A stretch of DNA of 64,000 bases. It comes from an uncultured Verrucomicrobiae bacterium. Lineage in GTDB: Bacteria > Verrucomicrobiota > Verrucomicrobiia > Opitutales > JABDGR01. This document shows positions 36,589-45,425 of the stretch, piece by piece. Under the pieces are notes generated by a model, which made no database searches, was not told the origin of the DNA, and saw only the letters and a list, made by a program, of their open reading frames with translations. The position numbers and the translations under genes are program-made. Position 1 is the stretch's first letter. Every line of letters begins with the position of its first letter. The stretch lies in contig CAVXVB010000009.1 in assembly GCA_963765205.1 (NCBI GenBank), positions 128,001 through 192,000 of the forward strand, given 5' to 3'.

Positions 36589-37701
36589 ATGCGTTTGCTG
36601 GACAGGTATATTTTGGCGGAATGGCTGAAGGCCCTCGGGCTGGCCGTGGGCGCGACGCTGGCCGTGCTGGTGCTCGAGGACATGTATAGTAATCTGGGCG
36701 GCTTGCTGGCGGATGGTGCGCATGGTCGCGACGTGTTGGTTTATTACCGTCTGCTGCTGCCGGGCTTCGTGCCGGCGGTGCTGCCGATGAGCCAGTTGGT
36801 CGCGCTGCTGTTCGCCGTGGGCAATTTGCACCGCAACCAGGAAATCACGGCGATGCGGGCGGCGGGGCTGAGCCTGTGGCGCATTGCGCGGCCGTTATGG
36901 ATCGGCGGCGCGGTGCTGGCGGTGCTGCTGGGGTGGTTCGATGCGGCCATCGTGCCGGGTTCCGTCGAGCAATCGCGCGCATTCCGCGACAATCTCCACG
37001 TCGCCGCCCAACACCGCGCCAACCCCGCCAGCGACGCGGGCGCCGTCCAGCAACTGACTTACGACAACGCCCCGGCCAATCGCTTCTGGTTTATTGACAG
37101 TTACGACAAACAGACCCACCTGGCCCACGGCATCCACGTCAACGAACTCAACCCGGACGGCCACGACTTGCGCGCCATCTACGCCGGGGAGGGTCGTTTT
37201 GATGATGCAACCGGCCACTGGGTGCTCAACGCCGGCCGGGTCATCACCTTCAATAAAACCGATCGCAGCGTGCTGCGCAGCCAGCCCTTCGACCAGGCAA
37301 CGCCCTTCACTGATTTGACGGAAAACCCCGTCACCATGCTGAATCTGCACCGGGATCCCACCGACCTGTCGGTGGACGAACTGGGCAAAACCATGACGCA
37401 AGCCCCATCGGCCAACCCGATGCTGGATTCGTTCGCCGTGCAGTATTACACGATATTATCCAAACCGCTGATTTGCCTGCTGCTGGTTGGGCTGGCGGTG
37501 CCGTTTGCGGTCGCAGGGGTGCGCGCGAACCCGATGGTCGGCGCCTCGAAGGCGGTGGGCCTGTTTTTTGCCTATTATCTGGTGACGGGCGTGAGCACCC
37601 ACCTCGGCAACCAGCATTACCTGCCCGCGCTGGTGGCGGCGTGGCTGCCCATCGCGCTGATGCTCGGCGTGGCGCTGGGGCTGTTCCGGCGGGCGGCGTG
37701 A
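36589..37701 (+). CDS. LptF/LptG-family LPS export permease
   Basis: MRLLDRYI, NQEITAMRAAGLS..I.RP, AAWLP. Confidence 0.9.
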   Translation: MRLLDRYILAEWLKALGLAVGATLAVLVLEDMYSNLGGLLADGAHGRDVLVYYRLLLPGFVPAVLPMSQLVALLFAVGNLHRNQEITAMRAAGLSLWRIARPLWIGGAVLAVLLGWFDAAIVPGSVEQSRAFRDNLHVAAQHRANPASDAGAVQQLTYDNAPANRFWFIDSYDKQTHLAHGIHVNELNPDGHDLRAIYAGEGRFDDATGHWVLNAGRVITFNKTDRSVLRSQPFDQATPFTDLTENPVTMLNLHRDPTDLSVDELGKTMTQAPSANPMLDSFAVQYYTILSKPLICLLLVGLAVPFAVAGVRANPMVGASKAVGLFFAYYLVTGVSTHLGNQHYLPALVAAWLPIALMLGVALGLFRRAA

Positions 37702-37789
37702 GGTGAATAATGGAAAATGGAAAAAATTATCCGGCTCGACTGTTTCAGGTCTTTTTCCCATCTTCCATCTTTCATTTTCCATTCTCCTG

Positions 37790-38962
37790 ATGCACTCTCT
37801 CCGCCTCCGGCCCCATGCTCCCGCCCGCGTTTTGCGCGGGCACCCATGGGTGTTTGCGGGTGAATTGAACGCGGTCGTTCGGCCGGAGGCGCACGGCCAC
37901 GCCGCCGTGCTGCGTGACGCGCGCGGGCGGCCGCTCGGCGCCGGGCTGTGCAGCGCGCGCTCGGCCATTGCCTGGCGGCGTTACAGTTACGAGCCGGTGC
38001 CGTTTGACCGGAAATTTATGGACCATGCGCTCGCCGCCGCGCTGGCGCACCGCGACGCGGCGGGCGCGAGCGGCCCGGTGCGCCGACTCGTCTGGTCGGA
38101 AGCCGACCACTTGCCGGGCCTGGTGGTGGACCAATATGGCCCGGCGCTGGTCGTGCAATCGCTGACCACGGGCATCGAAAACGCGCTGCCGGAAATTTGC
38201 GCGGCGCTTGAGGCACGCTTCGCGCCAGAGGAAATTATCTTGCGCAACGACGCACCCGCGCGCCGGCACGAGGGCCTGCCGCTCGAAGCCCGCACGCTTT
38301 CCGACCTCCCCTACCCCGCCCGCTGGCTCGCCATTGACGGTCTGGAATACTTCGTGGATTTGCTGGGCGCGCAGAAGACCGGTTTTTACCTCGACCAGCG
38401 CGCGCAGCACCGGCGCGTGGCGGATTTCGCACGGGGGCGCCGCGTGCTCGACGGCTGCTGCAACCAGGGCGCGTTCGCCCTGCAATGCGCCAAGGCGGGG
38501 GCGCAGAGCGTGCTCGGCGTGGACAGCTCGGCGGCGAGCGCCGCCCAGGCCACGCAAAACGCCGCGCATAATAATCTCGCGGAAATCGCGCAATTTGAAA
38601 CCGCGAACTTGTTCGATTGGTTCACGGCGCGCAAGGACGCGCACAGCCAATTTGACTTGATTGTGCTCGACCCACCGTCGTTCGCGCCCAAGCGCGGCGC
38701 GTTGGCTGGGGCGATGCGCGGCTACAAGGAACTGAACCTGCGCGCTTTGCGCCTGCTCGCGCCCGGCGGCATCCTCGCCACCTATTGTTGCAGCCAGAAC
38801 GTCTCGACCTCGGCTTTCCTCGACACCGTGGCCGACGCCGCGGCGGATGCCCATCGGGAAACCCGCCTCCTCGAAGTCACCGCCCAGCCGCTCGACCACC
38901 CGGTTTTGCTCAGTTGCCCCGAAACACATTATTTGAAAGGCGCAATTGTCGAGGTGGAGTGA
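37790..38962 (+). CDS. rlmI: RlmI-like SAM-dependent rRNA methyltransferase
   Basis: GHPWVF, EAD.LPGLVVD.Y, QKTGFYLDQR, LDPPSF, YLK. Confidence 0.85.
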   Translation: MHSLRLRPHAPARVLRGHPWVFAGELNAVVRPEAHGHAAVLRDARGRPLGAGLCSARSAIAWRRYSYEPVPFDRKFMDHALAAALAHRDAAGASGPVRRLVWSEADHLPGLVVDQYGPALVVQSLTTGIENALPEICAALEARFAPEEIILRNDAPARRHEGLPLEARTLSDLPYPARWLAIDGLEYFVDLLGAQKTGFYLDQRAQHRRVADFARGRRVLDGCCNQGAFALQCAKAGAQSVLGVDSSAASAAQATQNAAHNNLAEIAQFETANLFDWFTARKDAHSQFDLIVLDPPSFAPKRGALAGAMRGYKELNLRALRLLAPGGILATYCCSQNVSTSAFLDTVADAAADAHRETRLLEVTAQPLDHPVLLSCPETHYLKGAIVEVE

Positions 38963-39031
38963 AGGCGAGATGCTGGCTACATTTACATTTTCCTCCTTGC
39001 GTTCAGTCATTTCTTATCAGCATACTTTGCT

Positions 39032-39822
39032 GTGAAAAACAACCTTCTGTTTCTAATTCCCATCGGGATCCTCGTGATTTTCCTAGACGCCTGCGGTAGA
39101 AATTCAAACGCTGAAAACCAGCCTCAAGCGATGACCAAAGACGATATCAAAGCCATGATAATTGCAAGGGACGTTCAGCCATCGGCGGAAGCGCTGGCAA
39201 GGAAAGAAAAGTCTAACAATCTACTTGATCAAAAACATGTTCCGATTCTCCCAAGCTTGCCAGTAATAGAAGATTCTCTTTCGGCCAAAATAAGATCAAA
39301 AGAAGAGATCGCACATCGCGCAATTGCACTTTGCATAGTGGCGGTGAAGGGGGAAGGACTGGAACAAACAACTGTGCAAAAACTGATAACACGCTACGAC
39401 GCGCAAAATTATTTTACTCCGGCTGAAAAAAGTTCATTGAGGACACTTCCCCAACACAGCTGGATCGCGCCAATTTCAGCTGGCGATACGAAGGCTATTG
39501 GGTTCTGCTTTGGGCTTTGGGTTATGTTGATACCCTGGATTACCCGGATAAAGTCTGTGACGTTACGAAGGCTGTAAAAATTCTTAATGACGTATTGGCC
39601 AAGAAATTCATCGCAAATGCCCATCTTCGCCAGCTATCAGAAATTCTTGATCAGACGGATTTTATCTATCGCTACGATTGGGCGACTGTAAATGCGAGAA
39701 TCAAAAAACTAACTGCACCTGCGGGCCTCGATGCAGGCGTGGTGATGGAACGGCATCGTGCGCTCAACTGGTTAATTGGCTATATGAATCAGGATTGGGA
39801 CAACGTGACGACGGACACATGA
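39032..39822 (+). CDS. DUF4272-like lipoprotein, low GC, split by a one-base loss in an A run (39426-39431)
   Basis: Joined reading TPAEKKFIED..FSWRYEGYWVLLWALG..YRYDWA..VMERHRALNWL..WDNVTTDT. Confidence 0.75.
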
Positions 39823-39843
39823 TCATGTTGGTCACTGCGTGTC

Positions 39844-42390
39844 TCACCGCCACTCGTGCCTTGGATACCGCCCACGCAAATCTTTTTTGACTTGTTCGTA
39901 GGAATTGGCCCAGAAGGCGGCGAGGTCGGTAGTGATTTGGACGGGGCGGCCGTTGGGGGCAAGCAATTCAATGGTCATCGGGAACTGGCCGCTAAGCACG
40001 CGGAGTTTTTTGGCGTCCACGTCGTAGAACTCCTGCACTTTCGCGGAGATGACGCACTGGCCGTCGGCGGTGTAGCGGAGGACGGCGGGGCGCTTTTTGC
40101 GCGGCAAAATAAATTCGCGCGGGGCCATCGTTTCGAGGGCGAGCAACTGCTCGGCGGAGAGCCAGCCGCGCAGGGCGGGCAGCACGGGGCGCTCGCGGGC
40201 CTCGCGCGCGGAGGTCGCGCCGTGGCAGATTTCCTCGATGAGCGCTTGGCGGCCTTCGTCGTCAATCGCGGGGATGCCCAGCTCCGGCGCGCGCTTGGCG
40301 AGAAAATTCACGCGGGCGATGAAGGACTCGGCCTCCTCGTCCCAGTTTTTCAACTCGATGCGCTTGGCCAGCACCTCCGCAGCGAGCAGGCGGGCGGCGG
40401 CGTCGGGCGCGGGGTCGGGAGCCTCGCGGGCTTCGAGCACGAGGTCGCGGAACCCGCGCTCGACGCGGCGCACGACGCGTTTTTGCACGGGGTCATAAAC
40501 CGTCTCGTCGCCCTCGGAAAAATCGCCGGGGAACAGGTCGCGCAGCCAGCTTTCCTCGACCTTGGTGGCGAGGCCGAGCAGGACGGCGACCTCGCCGCGC
40601 GCGTGCGTTTCCTCGACGTCGGCGGCGACGAGCAGGCGCGCGTGGCGCACGGCGCTCTGGCGGCGCAGTTCGCCGCGCCGGTGGTGGACGAGGCGGCAGC
40701 GGAGCGTGCCGAGGTCCTCGCGCAGCGCGAGCTGGTCGCTGAAGCCGGCGAGGAGGCAGCGGCGCACGGCCTCTTCGTCGAGGGTGCGCGGCGCGGTGTC
40801 GAGTTGCTGGGCCTCGGCCAGGCGCAGGAATTGGCGCGCCAGCTCGGCGGCCTGTGAAGCCGCGAGACCGTGCAAACCCCACTGGCGGCACCAATCGGGG
40901 TCGAAATTTTTCGCGCGGCCCATTTCCCAGAGGCGCAGGAGGTGAAAAAAATCGGAGTCCGCGTCGCCAAGCATTTCCGCGCGCTGCTCGTCGCGGCGCG
41001 GGTCGTGGAGCGGGCGGAGCAAATTGCACCCCTGGGTGAACGCCGCGAGTAGCGCGACGGCGGGCAGGCAACCGCGTTCGTGCGCGTCGAGGAACATGCG
41101 CGAGTAGCGCGGATGCACGGGGAACGCCGCCATGCGCCGGCCGCGCGCGGTGGCCGCGCCCGCGTCGTCGAGCGCACCGAGGTCGCGCAGGAGCAGGCGC
41201 GCGCGGGCCAGGGCGGCGGGGGGCGGGGGTTCGAGCCAGGCGAGTTTTTCGAGGTCGTGAAAGCCGCCGGCGGCGAGGGAGAGGACGCTCTCGGCCAAAT
41301 CCACGCGCTGCATTTCCGGCGTGTCGTGCAGCGGGCGGTGGGTGTGCTCGCGCTCGCCCCAGAGGCGCACGACGCGGCCCGGCGCGGTGCGGCCCGCGCG
41401 GCCAGCGCGTTGGTCGGCGCTGGCTTGCGAGATGTTTTCGATCAGGAGCGTGTCAATGCCCCGGCGCGGGTCGAAGCGGGCGACGCGCGCCTGGCCCGCG
41501 TCCACCACGAGCGTGACGCCGTCAATGGTGAGCGAGGTTTCGGCGACGTTGGTAGAGACGATGACCTTGCGGCGGCCAGGCGACGCGGGCGCGACGGCGC
41601 GGTCCTGCTCGGCGGCGGCCAATTGTCCGTGCAAGGGCAGCAAGAGGCAATCACGCGCGGCGGGGACGCCTTGGAGCGCGCCGATCGTGCGGCTGATTTC
41701 ATAGGCGCCGGGCATGAAAATCAGGCAGTCGCCCTCGGGGTTTTCCTCGAGCAGGCGCCCGCAGTGCCACGCGGCTTGGTCCCACGCGGGCTTGTCGGCC
41801 ACGGCGCGGGCCTGCGCGGAATACTCGATGACGATGGGATAGGTGCGCCCTTCGCAGGTCAGCGTCTCGCTGGGCTGGAGCCAGGCGGCGAGGCCCGCGG
41901 CGTCGAGCGTGGCGGACATGACGACCAGCAGCAAGTCCGGCCGCACGGTTTCCTGGGCGCGGCGGGCGAGCGCGAGCGACAGGTCGGTGCTCAAATGCCG
42001 TTCGTGAAATTCGTCGAAAACAATCGCCGCGACGCCCGGCAGCTTCGGGTTCTCTAGAAGCTGCCGGAGCAAAATCCCCTCCGTGACGAAGCGGATGCGC
42101 GTGCGCGCGGAGACGACGCGGTCAAACCGGATTTGAAAGCCGACCTCCCCGCCGAGAGGAGACTGGCGCTCCTCGGCCACACGCTTGGCCAGCAGCCGCG
42201 CCGCCAGCCGCCGGGGCTGGAGCACGATGACCTCGCCGCCTTCGGCCAGCTTTTCATCGAGCAGCAATTGGGGCACCTGGGTGGACTTGCCCGAGCCGGT
42301 AGGCGCCTGGATGACAATGCGCCGCACGCGCCCGGCCGCCGCGCGCAGGGCGGGGCGCAGTTGCTGGATGGGGAGGGAGGAGGGGGGCAT
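39844..42390 (-). CDS. hrpB: ATP-dependent RNA helicase HrpB
   Basis: PTGSGKST, DEFHER, MSAT, QRAGRAGR, C-terminal GRYPRHEW. Confidence 0.95.
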   Translation of the reverse strand: MPPSSLPIQQLRPALRAAAGRVRRIVIQAPTGSGKSTQVPQLLLDEKLAEGGEVIVLQPRRLAARLLAKRVAEERQSPLGGEVGFQIRFDRVVSARTRIRFVTEGILLRQLLENPKLPGVAAIVFDEFHERHLSTDLSLALARRAQETVRPDLLLVVMSATLDAAGLAAWLQPSETLTCEGRTYPIVIEYSAQARAVADKPAWDQAAWHCGRLLEENPEGDCLIFMPGAYEISRTIGALQGVPAARDCLLLPLHGQLAAAEQDRAVAPASPGRRKVIVSTNVAETSLTIDGVTLVVDAGQARVARFDPRRGIDTLLIENISQASADQRAGRAGRTAPGRVVRLWGEREHTHRPLHDTPEMQRVDLAESVLSLAAGGFHDLEKLAWLEPPPPAALARARLLLRDLGALDDAGAATARGRRMAAFPVHPRYSRMFLDAHERGCLPAVALLAAFTQGCNLLRPLHDPRRDEQRAEMLGDADSDFFHLLRLWEMGRAKNFDPDWCRQWGLHGLAASQAAELARQFLRLAEAQQLDTAPRTLDEEAVRRCLLAGFSDQLALREDLGTLRCRLVHHRRGELRRQSAVRHARLLVAADVEETHARGEVAVLLGLATKVEESWLRDLFPGDFSEGDETVYDPVQKRVVRRVERGFRDLVLEAREAPDPAPDAAARLLAAEVLAKRIELKNWDEEAESFIARVNFLAKRAPELGIPAIDDEGRQALIEEICHGATSAREARERPVLPALRGWLSAEQLLALETMAPREFILPRKKRPAVLRYTADGQCVISAKVQEFYDVDAKKLRVLSGQFPMTIELLAPNGRPVQITTDLAAFWANSYEQVKKDLRGRYPRHEWR

Positions 42391-42596
42391 TATAGAGGAA
42401 TAGAAGATGGAAAATGGAAGATGGAAAAATAAGATGCCGGAGGCAGGAAAGAGGGGAGTTGGAAGAAGGGGACGCTGGATACAGGGAAGAAAGTGAATGG
42501 ACGGATGGAAAGGAGGAAAATGGAAGAGAGAAGAAAAAAAGACGAGCGCGTTCCTGCTTGCGGTATCCCTTCCTTGGTTCTTGTATGAAGCCCGCC

Positions 42597-43400
42597 ATGG
42601 GCGCGGACGTGACGTTTCATATTCTCGGCAGCAGCAGCTCGGGCAATTGCGCCCTGCTGACGACGCCCGACTGCCGCGTGCTCATTGACCTGGGCTTCCC
42701 CGCGCGGCGGCTCAATGAGATGCTCCAGCCCACCGGCGTGCGCCTGGCGGACGTGGACGCGGTCTTCATCACCCATGAGCACTCGGACCACACCTGCGGG
42801 CTGGCGAGCCTCGCACGCCATCCGGGGATGCAGGTTTTCGCCAACCGGGAGACGGCCCGGGCGGTGCAAACGCGCCTGCGCTTCCGGCCCCGCTGGAATT
42901 TTTTCGAGACCGGCTCGACGTTTGCGTTCCGGGGACTCGAAATCAGCAGCTTTTCCGTGCCGCATGACGCGTCGGACCCGGTGGGCTTTGTCTTTGCCGT
43001 GGGCGCGCCCGCCGCGCCGCTGCGGCTGGCGTGGTGTACGGACTTGGGTTACGTGCCGGAGCTAGTGCGTGAGCGCATCCGGGGCGCGGACGTGCTAGTG
43101 CTGGAAAGCAATTACGACCCAGACATGCTCGACCGCGACCACCGGCGGCCCTGGTCGCTCAAGCAGCGCATCAAAAGCCGGCACGGGCACCTGTCCAACC
43201 ACGCGGCGCACGAATTGCTGCGCACGACGGAGAACGCGGCGTGGCGGCGGGTTTACCTCGCACACCTCTCGCGCGAATGCAACGACGTGCAGTTGGTGCG
43301 CGAAACCTTCGCCGCGCTCGGGAAAAATGACCACCGCTACGCCATAGAGGTGGTGGATCCGGCGGCGGCGGGGATTTGTTGCGGGCTGGATGTGGTGTAG
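42597..43400 (+). CDS. MBL-fold metallo-hydrolase (YycJ/WalJ-like)
   Basis: LGSSSSGN, THEHSDH, VPHDA, ESNYD, GHLSN, HLS..CN. Confidence 0.92.
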   Translation: MGADVTFHILGSSSSGNCALLTTPDCRVLIDLGFPARRLNEMLQPTGVRLADVDAVFITHEHSDHTCGLASLARHPGMQVFANRETARAVQTRLRFRPRWNFFETGSTFAFRGLEISSFSVPHDASDPVGFVFAVGAPAAPLRLAWCTDLGYVPELVRERIRGADVLVLESNYDPDMLDRDHRRPWSLKQRIKSRHGHLSNHAAHELLRTTENAAWRRVYLAHLSRECNDVQLVRETFAALGKNDHRYAIEVVDPAAAGICCGLDVV

Positions 43401-43424
43401 GTGTATTTGAAATTCCAAGGCAGT

Positions 43425-43503
43425 TCACCGCGAAGGCGCGAAGAGCGCAAAGGAGAATATTTCCTCCGTGTCATCCTTGGCGACCTTGGCGCCTTGGCGG
43501 TGA
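43425..43503. repeat. Hairpin built from 9-bp tandem units; partial copy at 23444-23550
   Basis: tcaccgcgaaggcgcgaagagcgcaaagga / tccttggcgaccttggcgccttggcggtga; ttcaccgcgaaggcgc identical at 23444. Confidence 0.75.
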
Positions 43504-43643
43504 TATGGCCTTTACGTTAAATTTTTTCGCCGGTTCGCCATTACGCTTGCATCCCGGATAGTGAACATGCGATGGCTAACGGTTGGAAGCAATAACCCAC
43601 CCGCCCGCATTGAGGCATTGAATCTGCTACACCGGAGTTTCTT

Positions 43644-45065
43644 ATGCGCCGCCCGTTCCAGCACACCAAAATCACCTTCACCCTCGGCCCGGCCAGCGAA
43701 AGCGAGGAAATGCTCGCCAAGCTGATCCTCGAAGGCGTGGATCTTTGCCGGCTCAACATGGCGCACGCCAACCACGAGTGGACGCGTGCCTCGATCCGCC
43801 GCATCAAGACCGTCTGCGATCGGGTGGGCCGCCACATCGCCATCATGATGGACGTGAAAGGCCCGGAGATCCGCACCGGCGACCTTCCGGTCCCCATTGA
43901 GCTGGAAACCGGTCAGACGCTCGACTTCGTCACCGAAGTGGGCGCGGCGGTGGGTGATGGCGTCTTCGCGGTGGGGGTCAATTACCGCGATTTTCCGCGT
44001 GATGTGGCCGTCGGCAAAACGGTGCTGGTGGATAGCGGCCTCATCCGCCTCGAAGTCCTCGAAACCCACCCGGCGCGCGTGCGCTGCCGGGTGACTGTGC
44101 CGGGGAAGCTCACCAGCCGGCGTCACCTTAACCTGCCCGGCGCCAAAGTCAACCTGCCCGCCATCACGCAAAAAGATCGCGCGGACATCGAGGTTGGCAT
44201 TGCCGAAGGCGTGGATTTCTTCGCGCTGTCGTTCGTCCGCGAGGCCGACGACATTGACATGCTGCGGCGCTTCCTCACCGAACATAAAAGCATGGCACGC
44301 ATCATCGCCAAAATTGAGGACCAGAGCGCCATCGCAAACCTGGACGAAATCATCACCGCCGCCGACGGCCTGATGGTCGCGCGCGGGGATTTGGGCATCG
44401 AATGTCCATTCGAGGATTTGCCCATCATCCAGCACCGGGCCGTCAACCAGTGCATCATCCACCGCAAACCCGTGATCGTCGCCACGCACATGCTCGAATC
44501 CATGATTGTGTCGCCGGTGCCGACGCGCGCGGAGGTCAGCGACATCGCCACGGCGGTGCGCGAACAGGCGGATTGCATCATGCTCTCCGGTGAGACCACC
44601 TCGGGCAAATACCCACTCGAATGCGTGCAGACCATGAAACGTATCGTCGCACGCATCGAGACCGAGGGGGACATGCCGCTAGCGCCTGTGCCGCTGCTCA
44701 AGACGCACAAGGACCAGCTGCTGAGCGCCGCCGCGCGCCTAGCGGAGGGCGACCACCATGCGAGCATCGTCGTGTTCACGCGCAACGGCAACCTGCCCGC
44801 CATGCTCTCCGCGCTGCGCCCCCGCCGCTCTCCGATTTATGCCTTCACCGACGACCAACGCGTCTTCAAGCAACTGTTGCTGCATTGGGGCGTCGAACCG
44901 TTCCTCATGGAATTCTCGAAGGACTACGAGCAGACCATCCTCAACGCCTTCGATTACCTCGAGCGCCGCGACTGGGTGCAAATCAAGGACTGGGTGGTGG
45001 TCGTCACCAACGTCATCATGGGCGAGAAGCTGATTGACACCATCCAGTTCCGCGAGGTGGAGTGA
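43644..45065 (+). CDS. pyk: Pyruvate kinase
   Basis: TKI..TLGPAS, DVKGPEIRTG, AKIE, MVARGDLG, ATHMLESM, MLSGET. Confidence 0.97.
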   Translation: MRRPFQHTKITFTLGPASESEEMLAKLILEGVDLCRLNMAHANHEWTRASIRRIKTVCDRVGRHIAIMMDVKGPEIRTGDLPVPIELETGQTLDFVTEVGAAVGDGVFAVGVNYRDFPRDVAVGKTVLVDSGLIRLEVLETHPARVRCRVTVPGKLTSRRHLNLPGAKVNLPAITQKDRADIEVGIAEGVDFFALSFVREADDIDMLRRFLTEHKSMARIIAKIEDQSAIANLDEIITAADGLMVARGDLGIECPFEDLPIIQHRAVNQCIIHRKPVIVATHMLESMIVSPVPTRAEVSDIATAVREQADCIMLSGETTSGKYPLECVQTMKRIVARIETEGDMPLAPVPLLKTHKDQLLSAAARLAEGDHHASIVVFTRNGNLPAMLSALRPRRSPIYAFTDDQRVFKQLLLHWGVEPFLMEFSKDYEQTILNAFDYLERRDWVQIKDWVVVVTNVIMGEKLIDTIQFREVE

Positions 45066-45154
45066 AGAACCTGGCGTCGTGTCGGTAGTTAGACCATCCC
45101 AGGGCAATCGGCCCTTGTCTTTCGACGCGGGAAGGCATTGTCTTGGGCGACCTT

Positions 45155-45392
45155 ATGCGCTCCCTCTCCTCCTTCATTCGCCTCAGCGGCGGAATCGTCT
45201 TGCTTGTGCTCGACTTTATGGCCTACCAATCGGCGAGGGCGAGTCTGGCCGCGACCGGCCCCATCGAGATTTACCGGCCGCCCGACCGCGCTGCAACGCT
45301 GGCAATTCTACGTCATGCTCGCGGTGTTTGGCTTCATCGGCTTGACCTTGTGCATCCTGGGCATGGCACCGTTGCGCAAGAAAAGAAAATGA
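45155..45392 (+). CDS. Small two-TM protein, apparently frameshifted at a T run (45270-45272)
   Basis: MRSLSSFIRLSGGIVLLVLDF..GPIEI joins TGRPTALQRWQFYVMLAVFGFIGLTLCILGMAPLRKKRK if one T is removed. Confidence 0.45.
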
Positions 45393-45425
45393 CCACCGCG
45401 GCATTCCCTTCGAAACAAGGCCCAC

